Below, one piece after another: positions 26,210 through 38,835 of a stretch of DNA of 64,000 nt. Source of the DNA: Octopus sinensis. Its lineage: Eukaryota. Location: assembly GCF_006345805.1 (NCBI RefSeq), contig NC_043004.1:36332001-36396000 (forward strand), given 5' to 3'. Within the stretch, counting starts at the first letter, position 1. Each line of letters begins with the position of its first letter. The notes beneath the pieces were generated by a model. That model saw only the letters and a list, made by a program, of their open reading frames with translations, had not been told where the DNA came from and searched no databases. The position numbers and the translations under genes are program-made.

Positions 26210-26628
26210 TTTCTTTACTTGTTTCAGTCATTTGACTGCGGCCGTGCTGGAGCATCGACTTTAGTCGAACAAATCGACCCCGGGACTTATTCTTTATGAG
26301 CCTAGGACTTATCCTGTCGGTCTCTTATGCTGAACCGCTAAGTTGCGGGGACGTAAACACACCAACATCGGTTGGCAAGTGATGATGGGGAACAAACACA
26401 GAAACACAAACATGCACACACACACACACACACACCACACACACACACATATCTATATATATACATGAGGGGCGTCTTTCAGTTTCCGCCTACCAGATCC
26501 ACTCACAAGGCGTTGATCGGCCCGAAGCTTTAGTAGAAGACACTGCCCCAAGGCGCCACGCAATGGGACTGAACACGGAACCATGTAGTTGCTAAGCAAG
26601 CTACATCCCACACAGCCATGCCCGCGCC
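26210..26628 (-). mobile_element. SINE-A (its 3' half is also duplicated at 24920-25120)
   Basis: Complete head at 26470-26628; colinear with other copies. Confidence 0.85.
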
Positions 26629-26649
26629 TTATATAAACATGTAAATATA

Positions 26650-26859
26650 TACATTATTTACATTTGACGGATATTTATGCTCATCTTGTTTGTTGTTAGC
26701 ACAACGTTTCAGCTGATATACCCTCCAGCCTTCATGAAGACTGGAGCGTATATCAGCTGAAACGTTGTGTTAACAACAAACAAGATCAGGACAAAAATCC
26801 GTCAAATTTAAATAACGTAAATAATGTACATAATTCTTCATCTCTTAAATATAGAACTG
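26650..26859. mobile_element. Fold-back of the hammerhead tail of the 20.4-kb family
   Basis: Inverted arms meet at TCATGA (26732-26737), inside the ribozyme core; only the plus arm carries the terminal ..CTTAAATATAGAACTG. Confidence 0.85.
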
Positions 26860-27149
26860 TATGTATATATATAAACATATATATATATATATACATATAT
26901 AAATATATACATACGCATACATACACATTCATCTATGTATATGCATATATATCATGTATACATACATATACACGCCACATTGTAAATATATATAAGCGTG
27001 TGTGTGTATATATATATGTGTGTGTTTGTGTGTGTGTGGTATAGTATTATATTGTACAATATATATAAGTAAAATATGGCATTGGTTATAAATCATTAAC
27101 TTCAACCTTGCTTGCTTGCAATGTTACACAGCCAAACGGGCGCGTAGTT

Positions 27150-27900
27150 ATATGCATCAATAGGAGAATCTCTAAACTTTCAGCGGACGGAGAGATCTTC
27201 CACAGGACCATCTCCCATTATAATGAATCACAAGTCATTATCGAAGAGTGGATTCACTAAGAAGTTAACATATAAGGCGGGTTCGCATCCCAGTACCCGA
27301 AGAGAACCGGCAAGCGAAAGATAATCGGGTTTAACCTCCCGTTTAATCTAGAAGTTGTCACCAACATACCGAGAAGCTTCCTGTCGTTGATTAAAAAGCT
27401 TTTCCCTAGAGGCCATTAGTACTATAAACTTTTCAACCCGTATAAAATTAAAGTTAGTAACTCATGCTTACACAACATCTCTTCTGACACCACAGGCTGC
27501 AAAGGACATTTACACACACCCACACAATCCCCGGCCTACATCCCAAACTCTAACTTCCGAAATCCTACCAACAGCTCGCAGGAAGGACTACCAGCCGATA
27601 GCATCAAGATACACTACACAGCAATGATGGCCAATGATTTCAAAGGAAGGTACACACAGCATATACACTCCTTCAGATGAGGAGATAGTGGAAATTCCAC
27701 TCCCAGTTCCACATTATCTGTAGACTTTGTGACCATCGGAACGTCTCTCTCAACATCAAATAGAGAATCAGTGGCCCAAACTTGCCTCGACGAAAGGGTC
27801 CACCAACGTGCAGTATCTACCCACAGGAATAGTGAACAGGGTCAATGAATTTCCGGATGACAAAGAAGAGTGGCACCCAACGACTAGTTTTACTAGTTAA
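27150..27900 (+). pseudogene. Degraded Penelope-like (Naiad-type) C-terminal fragment
   Basis: RISKLSADGEIF..RKIIGFNLPFNLEVVTNI..FLSLIKKLFPRGH..KLFN..KVS and NDFKGRYTQHIHSFR align by eye to the 40.3-41.8-kb ORF. Confidence 0.75.
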
Positions 27901-27918
27901 GGAAAATTGATGATGATG

Positions 27919-27951
<33 letters not shown>

Positions 27952-27972
27952 TATACAGAGAGAGGGAGAGAA

Positions 27973-28013
<41 letters not shown>

Positions 28014-28692
28014 AGAGATTCAGATATATTCTTTTCTTTCAGTGTCAATCTATTTTGTTTTTTAATTTTGCTCCGTTTTGAAATCCGGAATAGCAACGGA
28101 GTCAATAACGGGGTAATAGCAAAGAACAGCAATAAATACTAACGACAATATAATTCTGCAGTGAAACAACATTTTTTTTGCAGCCAAAGCTGAGAGGCGA
28201 TCCAATATATCGTTCAGAAATGGAGAGACACTTTATTAATTTTTTTTATTTTTCAAAACTAAATAACTCTGCATAAAGAAACAATAATGGCAAAAAAAAA
28301 AATATCACAAAGAAATTCTGTCTCAAAAATTCCTCATAGGAAGAGATGGAAGCGCTGGTCTTAAATATTTCTGCGTTATTTTCTCTATTTTATCTATGCT
28401 TTGTTTTCTTCTTTTACAAAATTTCGAGAAAATGAGATGTCATTTCCATTTTCTCTCTAACCTGTCTCCTTTACTTTCTCTCTTTCCACCGTTCTTTTAT
28501 TAATTCTATACACGACCGAGGACACTTTGTTCCTATGTATATATTTACGCATGCGGATGCTTTATGTATGTATAGGTGTGTGTATACTTGCTTGCGTGTA
28601 CATGTATGTGTATAAATGTGTATGTTTATATACCACCGCTCTGTTTTCACCCATGCACACTTATGCTATTGCACTCACACGCCTCTACACAA

Positions 28693-28732
<40 letters not shown>

Positions 28733-29147
28733 CACACACGCACACACACTTAGGTATTGGCAATCATGAACAAAAATATTCCATTGGAGCAAAACTTCTT
28801 TCATACGATATCCTTTAACTCCAAATGTTTGTTCTGAGCAACTTTTCTCTTGCTACATGACCTTAATGACCTGTGAGTGACACTACAACTCGGCCAACTT
28901 AAAATGCATTGGATCTCTCTTTCTCTCTCTCTCTCTCCCTCATTCTCTTTCTCTCTCCCTCTCTCTCTCTCTCACAGGAAACTGAGAGTAACACCGAATT
29001 TCCCACTCTAGACAACACAAAAATAAAATAAAATCGTATTCCATCTCCTTACTTTGGAAAATTCAAACTATTGGTACCTGTAAAAAAACTAAACACCTTC
29101 GTTATTTGTAAGCATTTTTTCTTTCCACCATTATTTGCATATATTAA

Positions 29148-29360
29148 TGGCGGTGAACTGACAGAACCGTTAACACACAGAACAAAATGCTTAGCGGCAT
29201 TTCGCCCTTGTTTACGATCTGAGTTCAAATTCCGCCAGGGTCGACTTTGACTTTCATCCTTTTGGGGTCGATAAAAGGAGTACTAGTTAAGCACTGGTGT
29301 CGATTCACATCGACTTACCCCCCCCCCCAGTCCCCGAAAATTCAGGCCTATAATAGAAAG
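29148..29360 (+). mobile_element. SINE-B, B2 tail
   Basis: GGCGGTGAACTG..GAGTTCAAATTCCGCC..GTCGATAAA..CGACTTACCCCCC. Confidence 0.8.
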
Positions 29361-29469
29361 GTTTATTATCACACACGTACACACATTTGCACACACATGC
29401 ATGTGTATTAGGCTGTGTATTGAATGACGGGGGGCGATAGTACAATAGACATTTGTACTGCAAACACCA

Positions 29470-29740
29470 TCTCGAGGTTCCCTTGGAATGACAATATGTT
29501 TGTCAAGATCTGCATTACAGGTATTGTATACCACCAAGAGGTTTGCTCCGGCTTATCTAAATCTGCCGACACACCTTCGATCGAATGGAGAACATAATCA
29601 AATGCATGTGTCCATTCAACCGCACCTGTACATTGTCTTTTGTCGTTGTGGCAGCACTTTCAACACGCTCTACCCTATTAATCACTACTTATCACAGTTG
29701 AATAGTTTACAGAATGCAGTCGGGATGTGAAGACCATTTG
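29470..29740 (-). mobile_element. Possible RTE RT fragment
   Basis: MVFTSRL and DNVQVRLNGH resemble RTE RT segments; heavily degraded. Confidence 0.35.
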
Positions 29741-29779
29741 GGATCAATTTTTGTAATAAATTTTTGTGTTAAATTGGAC

Positions 29780-30050
29780 AGAAACTTCTGGCTATTTATG
29801 GATTATCTTAAGCCGAGAACTGACTTTTTCCTAGCATAACAGGTTTCGGGATCTTTCGAAGATCTGGAGAAAATGGAAACGGTGACAAGGATCCCGGACA
29901 ACCTCACTTTGAGGATTCCTATGGAGCCCTCACAAAGTGGCTGCAGTGCTACAACAGGTATATTCAAATCAAGGATATTAGAGTCTCGTGCCCCTTTGAA
30001 ATTAATGAATGTCACTCCTGAAAAGTCTCAAAACTTCTGTAATGCGGCTT
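29780..30050 (+). mobile_element. Possible LINE post-RT fragment
   Basis: YLWIILSRELTFS*H and FKSRILE..QNFCNAA resemble the YLG.ILD..LTF..H / RLEY region. Confidence 0.35.
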
Positions 30051-31230
30051 GGACCAGTTCACGACATCCCTTTATCTTACGTGGTCATCTACAAGGCTCT
30101 CTCAGCATTCTATTCTGATATCGAGTGCTTTCATGGTCATCCTGCAGTTTCCCTTGTAGTGCAGCTGTTGATTCATAAAGAGCCACATCTAAATTTTCCT
30201 TAGAGAATATTCTTTAAGATGTGTTCTTCCTCCATGCGGTGGACATGTCTCAACCAACGCAGTCTTCACTACTTAAGCTGAGTATACACACTGGGAAGTT
30301 CAGCGTGGGGCACTATTGTACCAGGACACAGTCGTCTCTTCTACTTTGATTTTGCATTTCTGTACAGTAGTTTACTTCAGAGACAACCAGTGTCTTAATC
30401 GTCAGCTACGGATTGGCTCACACTCAAAATGTATGTCGAACGTTGAAGCTATTTTCCTGATCCTGTTGCAAATCTCCATGTCCAATGATAAAGTGTCAAT
30501 GATGGTAGATCCAAGATATATTAACCGATAGACAACTTCAAATTTGTACTCGTAGGTCCTGATAAACTGTAGTGCCTCCATGTCTTATCCCAAAACACTC
30601 GTGTTCTTCAGAATGATGATCCTTGCAAGCGTCAGAGATGTGGCTAGTAACTGGCTAGTGCCAGATGTGGCTAGTAACTGCTGTAGACAGTATGACCCTG
30701 ATAAATACTACACGTGCGTTGGCTCTGAAGCGAGACAGCTGGAAGGGCCTGCTACTTTACATTCTTCTGTGGAAGATCACTCCCTACTGCGTTGCTGAAG
30801 ACATATTTCACCAACATAGCAAATAAGATTTCAAAGACATTTGCCAAGCAAAGATGCTACACATTTTTGACAACATTGCGGCTGTTGAAAGAGTAAGGGA
30901 GGCTACCGGTGAGGTTCTCTGTTCCCTTCATATTAATGCAGAGGAATCTAATATGGTCTACAGTTTTGGTGGTCAAGCAATGTTCAGAAGAATCTTCAAA
31001 AGAGTACGAGTGCATTTGCTGTGCTCAGCGCTTCTCCTGGTGTTAGCGAAGAGAAGATCATAGCTATCTGTCAGTCTGAAAAGCTGCAGTGTGATTCTGG
31101 GTTTATAAGATCTACACACTCTGCAAATGGTTCAAGATGACCAATTCTGGAAGGAGATAATTTTGTAATTGTTGCAGTCGCATAAGATCTCGTTATTTTT
31201 ATGGGGCCAATGGTCCCTCTATCCCTCGTG
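30050..31230 (-). mobile_element. RTE-clade LINE fragment (RT C-terminal half), degraded
   Basis: YLGSIIDTLSLDMEICNRI, RMEEEHILKE and MKALDIRIEC motifs. Confidence 0.7.
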
Positions 31231-32384
31231 ACTACGTACGTGTGTGGATGTATGCACCCTCATATGTTTATATACACACCAATTACAATATAGACAATAT
31301 CAAAGCCTAAAGTAATTATGAGGTGTAAGTTTTCTCTAATCGAGGTATTTTTTCAGCAACACAAGTTCGAAGAGAATAGAATACCATTCTTTTCTAAGAT
31401 CATAGATTTGTCTTTCTCATTATATTCTTGAACTGTGTAATAGGAAAATAACAATCTAATATGAATAAATAGTTTTTATTTTAAATGAATAGTATTAAAT
31501 AAATAACAATCCAACAATTGCTACAGATCTGATTAAATTCGAAAGAAAGATGTAAAACATTAATAATTAATGTAAAAAAATTTTAAATGTATCATCTATC
31601 ACGATTTAAATTGTGTATAATATTAATGTTATGGTTGGTAGATTATGAAATATACATTAGATACGAAAAGAACATAATCGTAAAACGTTATCAGCAAAAA
31701 AACAAAAACCGCTTCTACTTCACTGGAAATATATAAACTCTGTAAAATGTTAAGTCGAGCTGAAGAAGATCGACATAGAATGTGAGAAGAAAGCATGTTT
31801 TTTGCTGTCGATTCAATGTAATTATATAACAACATTTAATATCGATGATAGACATCAGTGTTATAGAAATTGAAGAAATTTCAATTTTCTTATACACAAT
31901 ATTCACGGCTTTTTTTTTAGATTCAGATCATACAAAAGTTGGTTTGCATAAAAAAGCAGTGAATTTTATATTGGTGTATGCATGTATGTATGTATGTATG
32001 TATGTATGTATGTATGTATGTATGTATGTAGTATGTATGTATGTATGTATGTATGTATGTATCGTGTGTTTCTGTATCTGTGTGCATGAATGTATGTATA
32101 TGTATGTATGTATTATATACGTGTATGTTGTGTATGGATATGATTTTGTAAAAGATAAATGGAAGACAGAAGGAAATAAACCAGAATCAAATGGTTCTGT
32201 ATTATTGGTATATGAAAGAGAAAAAAGAAGAAAGTAGAGAAATTGTTAAAATGTTCTTCCTTTTATGGGAGCAGATTGTAAGAAAACAAAGTAAAACTCC
32301 ATCTAACCTTCAAGACGGAGAATTTTGTCGGAACATTTACATCAATGACTGATCGTTTAGCATAACTGTCTTTATATATGTTTA

Positions 32385-32501
32385 TACACACACACACACA
32401 CATATATATATATATGTATGTATATATATAATATATATATATATGTATATACATGTATATATACATATATATACACATATATATATATAAATACATTCAA
32501 A

Positions 32502-32553
<52 letters not shown>

Positions 32554-32986
32554 CATTCATATATTTATAAATACACACACACATACTCGCACACACACAC
32601 ATATACATATATATATATGCATATGCACTCGCAAGACATGCAAAGACATAAGCACAACCATCGGTATATACATCCGCACACAGACGTACTGCAGAAGCAT
32701 ATAGACAGACCAACCAAAGAAATATGAGAAACCGTCGAACATGGGTCCTGAGCCGTGAACAGGTCCTCAAAAATATTGTTGTTTATATATACATATATAT
32801 AAATGTCTGTGTGTGGATACATGTATACCCATATGTAATATATAGTATATAATCGCATAATAATTACACACACACCACACACACACATATATATATATGT
32901 ATGTATATATATAATATATATATATATATGTATATACATGTATATATACATATATATACACATATATATATATAAATACATTCAAA

Positions 32987-33042
<56 letters not shown>

Positions 33043-33355
33043 CATTCATATATTTATAAATACACACACACATACTCGCACACACACACATATACATATA
33101 TATATATATGCATATGCACTCGCAAAGACATGCAAAGACATAAGCACAACCATCGGTATATACATCCGCACACAGACGTACTGCAGAAGCATATAGACAG
33201 ACCAACCAAAGAAATATGAGAAACCGTCGAACATGGGTCCTGAGCCGTGAACAGGTCCTCAAAAATATTGTTGTTTATATATACATATATATAAATGTCT
33301 GTGTGTGCATACATGTATACCCATATGTAATATATAAGTATATAATCGCATAATA

Positions 33356-33370
<15 letters not shown>
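32385..33370. repeat. Tandem duplication, ~490-bp unit x2
   Basis: Unique core (GCAAGACATGCAAAGACATAAGC..GGGTCCTGAGCCGTGAAC) repeated at offset ~492; boundaries in (CA)n(TA)n. Confidence 0.92.
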
Positions 33371-33431
<61 letters not shown>

Positions 33432-33624
33432 CCTAGCATTACCTGAAGAAAATGAGGGCGCTATTCTCTATGCATGCGTGATGAAATTTCTCGTGGGAAA
33501 ACGAACAAGACGTACGAAATTTATAATATTAATTTAAGGTTGAAATAAGAAAAAAAAGATAGAAACGTTTCCATGTTTCGAAGTGAAGTCTTGTTAAATG
33601 AAAATCAAAATATGTTTACATATA

Positions 33625-33668
33625 GGCACAGGAGAGGCTGTGTGGTAAGAAGCTTGCTTCCGGTTCCG
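33625..33668 (+). mobile_element. Isolated SINE-A head
   Basis: GGCACAGGAGAGGCTGTGTGGTAAGAAGCTTGCTTCC..GGTTCCGG, ending at the B box. Confidence 0.75.
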
Positions 33669-35500
33669 GTTGTTCAGTTTTCTTCATTACACCGTCAAAG
33701 TTGTCGCACTGGTTTGTAGCGGACGAAAATTGTTAATGAAAGAAACTCTACTGTAAGGTAAGACTTTTTGGTTTTTGGGTCCAGTGGGGTTTCGTTGTTT
33801 GTGATAATTATTTTTTGTTCAAGCAAGGAGTATTCACTGGATTCTGGGCTTTGGTCTGCCTGCAGTGGAGCATTTAGCTTTTCTCACTTAATTGTGAGAA
33901 TTGTTGTTTGGAGGCGTATCCCGCCTCCAAACTTAGTTCGAGAATTGTGTTGTTCTCAATTAATTTTGAGAATTGTTCGCGGAAAAAGTTGGTTTATGTG
34001 GAATTATAACACAGCTGTGAGAAGCTGTGTTCCAGTTTCAAATTGAAGGCCGGCGGTACCGTGTGGGCAAAGGAGTTTTTGCTGTGTGTTTTGAACTGTC
34101 GCTCTCTCTTCTTCTATCTTTTATTTTCAAACTCTTTATTGAACTGCTAATTTTTTTTCTTCTTCCTGTTTGGTTGAAACTTTGTGATTTTTCCCTTGAA
34201 TTGTTTTGAATTTTTTAACTATTGTTTGAACTTTTCATTTAACATGGCAAAAAACAATGAATAAAATTGTGGAGTGGGAAATAGTGCCACCCAAGAAATG
34301 GTTGGAAGAGTTCAAAAAGAAGACGTTGGTGTTGAGAATTTACTCCAAGTCCCTCGACACCATCGTCGTCTTTGAGAAAAATGAAATTGAAAAAGAGTTG
34401 GCAGGACATATGTCAATTATTAAGTATATCTCTCGTGGGGTCAAATACGCAATGGTGTGGTTGCTATTTGACACCCCCCCCCCCCGAAGAAGCTCGCAAA
34501 TTCACGAGCCAGCCCCTGGAGGGCAAAGAAATTTTGCTACTCGGAACTAAGCCCGAGTGGATAGAGGATACTAGCCACCGGGGTCTGGATGACAGCAGTA
34601 CCAAGCTCCAAAATGTGAATATCCTGCTTGCGGCTGATTGGGAGGGGTCAAAAGCTGTTTTGACCCTATGGACCCAATCAGCCGAAAGTCTGGTATTTCC
34701 AGATTTTTAAAGAATGGCCGGGTCTAGGTATCCGGTGAGGCTTGAGGGATGCCCCCCTCAAGTGTCCCCATTGCCTGGAACCGGGCCATATTAAAAAGAA
34801 CTGCCCTCGGGACCAAAATAAGGTCCTGGAACTACTCCCTGCTCCCTCATTGGAAGGAGAGAAGGAGGAAGTCGAGGAGATGGAAACCTAATCGAAAAAA
34901 GCAAAACAAAAACGAAAGGTGGGCAACAATGGTTGCCCACCAAAGGATCTGCAGGCTGCGGGAGGGAGGGAGGATCCGCTGGACAAAGCGGAGGAACTCC
35001 ATCCTCCCGTCACTCAAAGGCGTGTCCCGAAGCACCGTCGGTAGAAGTTGTGTCACCGAAGATGGAAACTGTAGATCCCTCCCATCCTGTGGAGGCGGAA
35101 TTTGTGGTCCTCTTCCATAAGGGAGAAACATTAGAAAAGTTTGCTAAGAAGTTTTAAAAGAAAGGCTGGTGGGAGGGGATTCTGTCCTGCACGGAGAACC
35201 CTGATTGGCCTTCGCAGGTGGCTGCGGAGGTCATATGGGAAACCTATCTGTGCAGGATAAGGAATTCCTTCCCAGAGGACTCTTTTAGATTCATGGCGAA
35301 GTGGTCCGGCTTGGCACCGTCTAGGTGCTTCAAAGAAGACAGGAGCCTGGTCGAACAGGAAAGTGTATAATGAATATAAGTAAGAGGCTTAGTGCCTCAT
35401 TTTTTGTATTATTAAATTATGAAAAAGGTAAGAGGTTATTGTCTCATAAATGAGTTTTCTATTTTGAAAGAGGTTTATTGCCTTTCGCAAATGTGAACAC
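33669..35500 (+). mobile_element. gag/ORF1-only retroelement remnant (Tx1/L1 ORF1-like)
   Basis: Frameshifted ORF from ATG 34244. Intact CCHC knuckle CPHCLEPGHIKKNC at 34763-34804, preceded by PVRLEG. No RT downstream. Confidence 0.7.
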
Positions 35501-35564
35501 AATTTCAGAATTGATAAAGTCTTGCAGAAAATTCCATTAATATTTCAGAGATGTTTTATTACAT

Positions 35565-35955
35565 AACTGGCAGTATCGTCCGGTGTTGCTCGGGTTTGTT
35601 TCGACCCTTTAGAATTAAAATTTTTGAAAAGTAAAACTTTTGCATTATGTACCTTGTTATTCTCTTTAAGTGAACATTTTTCTGGTTGAAATACACCGAA
35701 AAATGGCGACACAGCAGTCAAAAAAATCGTAAAATATAGGGATTTTCATAGAAAAAAACACCTTTTTGATGTAAATAATTTTTGGTGTTAACATGGTCCG
35801 ATTTGAATTTTATCTTCTACAGAAGGACGAGCAAGCCTTCTTCTATCATACTCTCAATTTTGGTCAACTTGCGCCGAAGGGTCTCAGAGGAGATAGTGTT
35901 AGTTGAAGGCTACCAAACCTGCCATACACAGACAACTTCGTATATAGAGAGATTG
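35565..35955 (+). mobile_element. Non-autonomous Helitron-like element
   Basis: 5' AACTGGCAGTATCGTCCGGTGTTGCTCGGG and 3' ..ACAGACAACTTCGTATATAGAGAGAT resemble Lep1/DINE-type ends. Confidence 0.55.
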
Positions 35956-38041
35956 ATTTGCCATAAACTAGACGATGATCATATACTGGGGAAAAAAAGA
36001 ACATTAAGTTAATCATGAACACTTAAGGGACATTAACAGTAAGTTCTATCCTTGGTTTTATGTTTTACACATAATACTGAAGACATGAATGCATCACATG
36101 TCTTGCATGTGGATATAGGAATATTTTATAACATGTTCTATATATGACAAAATAATATATTGAAATCTGGTTCAATTTTCAATAGGCTATAGGCAACCAA
36201 TCAAAAGTCGATAACTAATCATATTTAGATGTGTTTACGAATACTTTTAACAGACAGTCACACTGCTTCCCTTCTACAATCGTTGAATTAATGTGCAACA
36301 ATAAACTCAATAACAAATCAAGAAGCTTCAAATTCTAATGAAGTGTAACGGATGCCCGCTTTCTCTCTCTCTCTCTCTTTTCTCTTTGTACACTCATACA
36401 CACACTTGCACGCGCGCGCGTGACACACCTCTCCAAAGTTTCTGTCTCCGTTTATTCGTTAATCTGAAACTCTTGTAGAAGACAAATAACGAAAGAATCG
36501 GTATCATGCATTTGTGAAGTAGACGTCTTCATGACACTGACGTCTCTCTTTTTTTTTTCAGACATGTCCATAACTGTCTACTATATGAAGTATTTGCCTG
36601 AATTCTTTTGAATGTGCAACAATTATATGATTTTACTGTTGAAACAGGTTGTCATGTTGTCATCATTAAAGAATATTGTATAGGATTGCCGAAGCAGTGC
36701 CTGTAATGTGAATGATATTTATGATGTATGTAAATGATTCTTATAAGTGCAATGTTTAGTGGGGATATTATATGATTTGTATAGGATGTATTTGTAGAGT
36801 TTAAAGAGATACCAAGCACATTATAGCAGTAAAAAGAGTATAAGATAGTTGAAGATAGCTGGCATACACTATAATTATAAGCAAACTTTGCCACATTGAA
36901 TTGCTTGTTTTCCCTAATACCTGAATTATAATCAAGATAGCTGAGATAATAATTTTGAATATAGCATCATTTAATGCTTCTCGTATATTAAATTTCTTTC
37001 ATTTCTCTTCAAAATGAAGAGTTTAAACTTGAAATGTACGAGTTTGACTTCAGAGTAGACAGCTGCATGTCAGAAACAGGAAGTGAAATTGAAATGCATG
37101 AACTGTGTGTGGCCCCCGTTCAGCGTTTGTGTCTGTCTTCGAAGTTTGATGTTTAATTCAAAAGAAATGGGGAACCATTAAAAATTAGTAATTATGTGTC
37201 GTAAATGTCTCTGTTTATTAAGGTTTGCGAAGTTCATGTCTATCGTAAACTCTACTCAAAGCGAAACTTCCATCGGCTTCCAGGCAGATTTCTTCTCTCA
37301 GCGTGTTGTATTAGAGAAATTGTCTTTCTCGTAAAATTCATTAGGAAATTTTTCGGTGCCGGTTTCAATTTTAAAATTTTATTAATTTTTATAAAACGAT
37401 ATTCAAGGAAAGACAGGGATGTAGAAAACCAGAATAAAACACGAATTTAAAACCTAATTATTTATTTATTAATACAAACACTTCAACCTTAAAAACATAA
37501 CCAGATAAAAAAAAGTGTATATATACATATATATCTTTAAAAACTGTATTCTATACACACGTTGACATCTTGCAAATGGAAATATTGGAAGTTGAAAGTC
37601 TTTGATAAACAAATTTTTACATTCTAATGACACATTATCTTTAACCTGATTTCTGAAAGCACTATATAAATCTATGTTACGATAGTAAATTTTTGCGTTA
37701 AAATCTTTATTAAAAAATAATGAGACCAACAAGATGTGTTTTCTTGAATATTTTGTTTTCAGTAAACACACTGACTTTCAGTCAAACACTTTTCGTTCTA
37801 TATTCTAAATGGTCTAACACTATTCCTAGGAGTAGGTTTACACTGGAGCTCAGCTTTATTTTATTTTAAGTTTAGTTTTGGGCCTCACCAAAAAGACTTG
37901 ACATACAATATGTAAATGGTCCAATGTGTAATGGAATTTATCCTTTCAAAATATAAAACTGGGAAGGCATAGACCCTGACGCTAAAGTGTGTAATTTCGT
38001 GTTCAATGCTTATTCATCTAGTCTACTTGTCTACTATTTCT

Positions 38042-38267
38042 TATTTCTTTACTGCCCACAAGGAGCTACACACAGATAGGACAAACAAGGACAGACAAAC
38101 GGATTAACTCGATTATATCGACCCCAGTGCGTAACTGATACTTATTTAATTGACCCCGAAAGGATGAAGTCGACCACGGCGCAATTTGAACACAGAACGT
38201 AGCGGCAGACGAAATACCGCTAGGCATTTCGCCCGGCGTGCTAACGTTTCTGCCAGCTCGCCACCTT
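38042..38267 (-). mobile_element. SINE-B monomer, B1 tail
   Basis: Perfect 16-bp TSD CTTGTCTACTATTTCT at 38026-38041 and 38268-38283. Confidence 0.9.
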
Positions 38268-38460
38268 CTTGTCTACTATTTCTCTCAACTCAGTTACAAA
38301 ACGATTTCTAGCCAAAGTACAGAGTTCACAAATCACTAGTATATGAGGAGAATTAATTGACACTCACACACTGTGATTTCCTGCTATTTCAGCTCGACGA
38401 TTTCTTCTGAAATGGGAATTCGACCCAAAAGTATGAACGATGAAATATTACTGTAATACA

Positions 38461-38735
38461 TACAGGGTGCACCGTAAACAATTCTCGATTGATTTTCAGT
38501 CACAATTTTTAGTAAAGGTCATAAAAACACTCGAGTTTTTTAACGATTTGATTAAGTATGGTCATGTAAGATATTAAGATACGTTTCATTCAATATGACC
38601 GACCTTAGCCTTCACAATCACTTCTCTTAAACGAGTCATACCAACGCCGAACGACTTGTTCGCTTAAACGATTCCATGACTCGACCAAGGATTTCTTTGC
38701 AGCGGTGATACTTTTGAAGGAAACTCGTGAAACGT
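38461..38735 (-). mobile_element. Tc1/maT-type transposon 3' end
   Basis: TA-CAGGGTG terminus; minus frame ends TRLREVIVKAKVGHIE*, like the RL..VI.A.GG.IE C-terminus. Confidence 0.6.
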
Positions 38736-38787
38736 CACTTCCATATGTGTATTTATTTTATGTGTGTGTGTGTGTACGTATGTGTGT

Positions 38788-38835
<48 letters not shown>

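Larger units (their letters stand above)
23836..26420. repeat. Tandem duplication, ~1.29-kb unit x2, near-identical
   Basis: Constant offset of ~1291-1295 bp; boundaries lie in (CA)n(TA)n; the differences I found are homopolymer or microsatellite indels. Confidence 0.93.

Noticed and set aside
30645-30692. Direct repeat AGATGTGGCTAGTAACTG x2
   Set aside because: A local duplication inside a decayed RTE; two units only, so not CRISPR-like.
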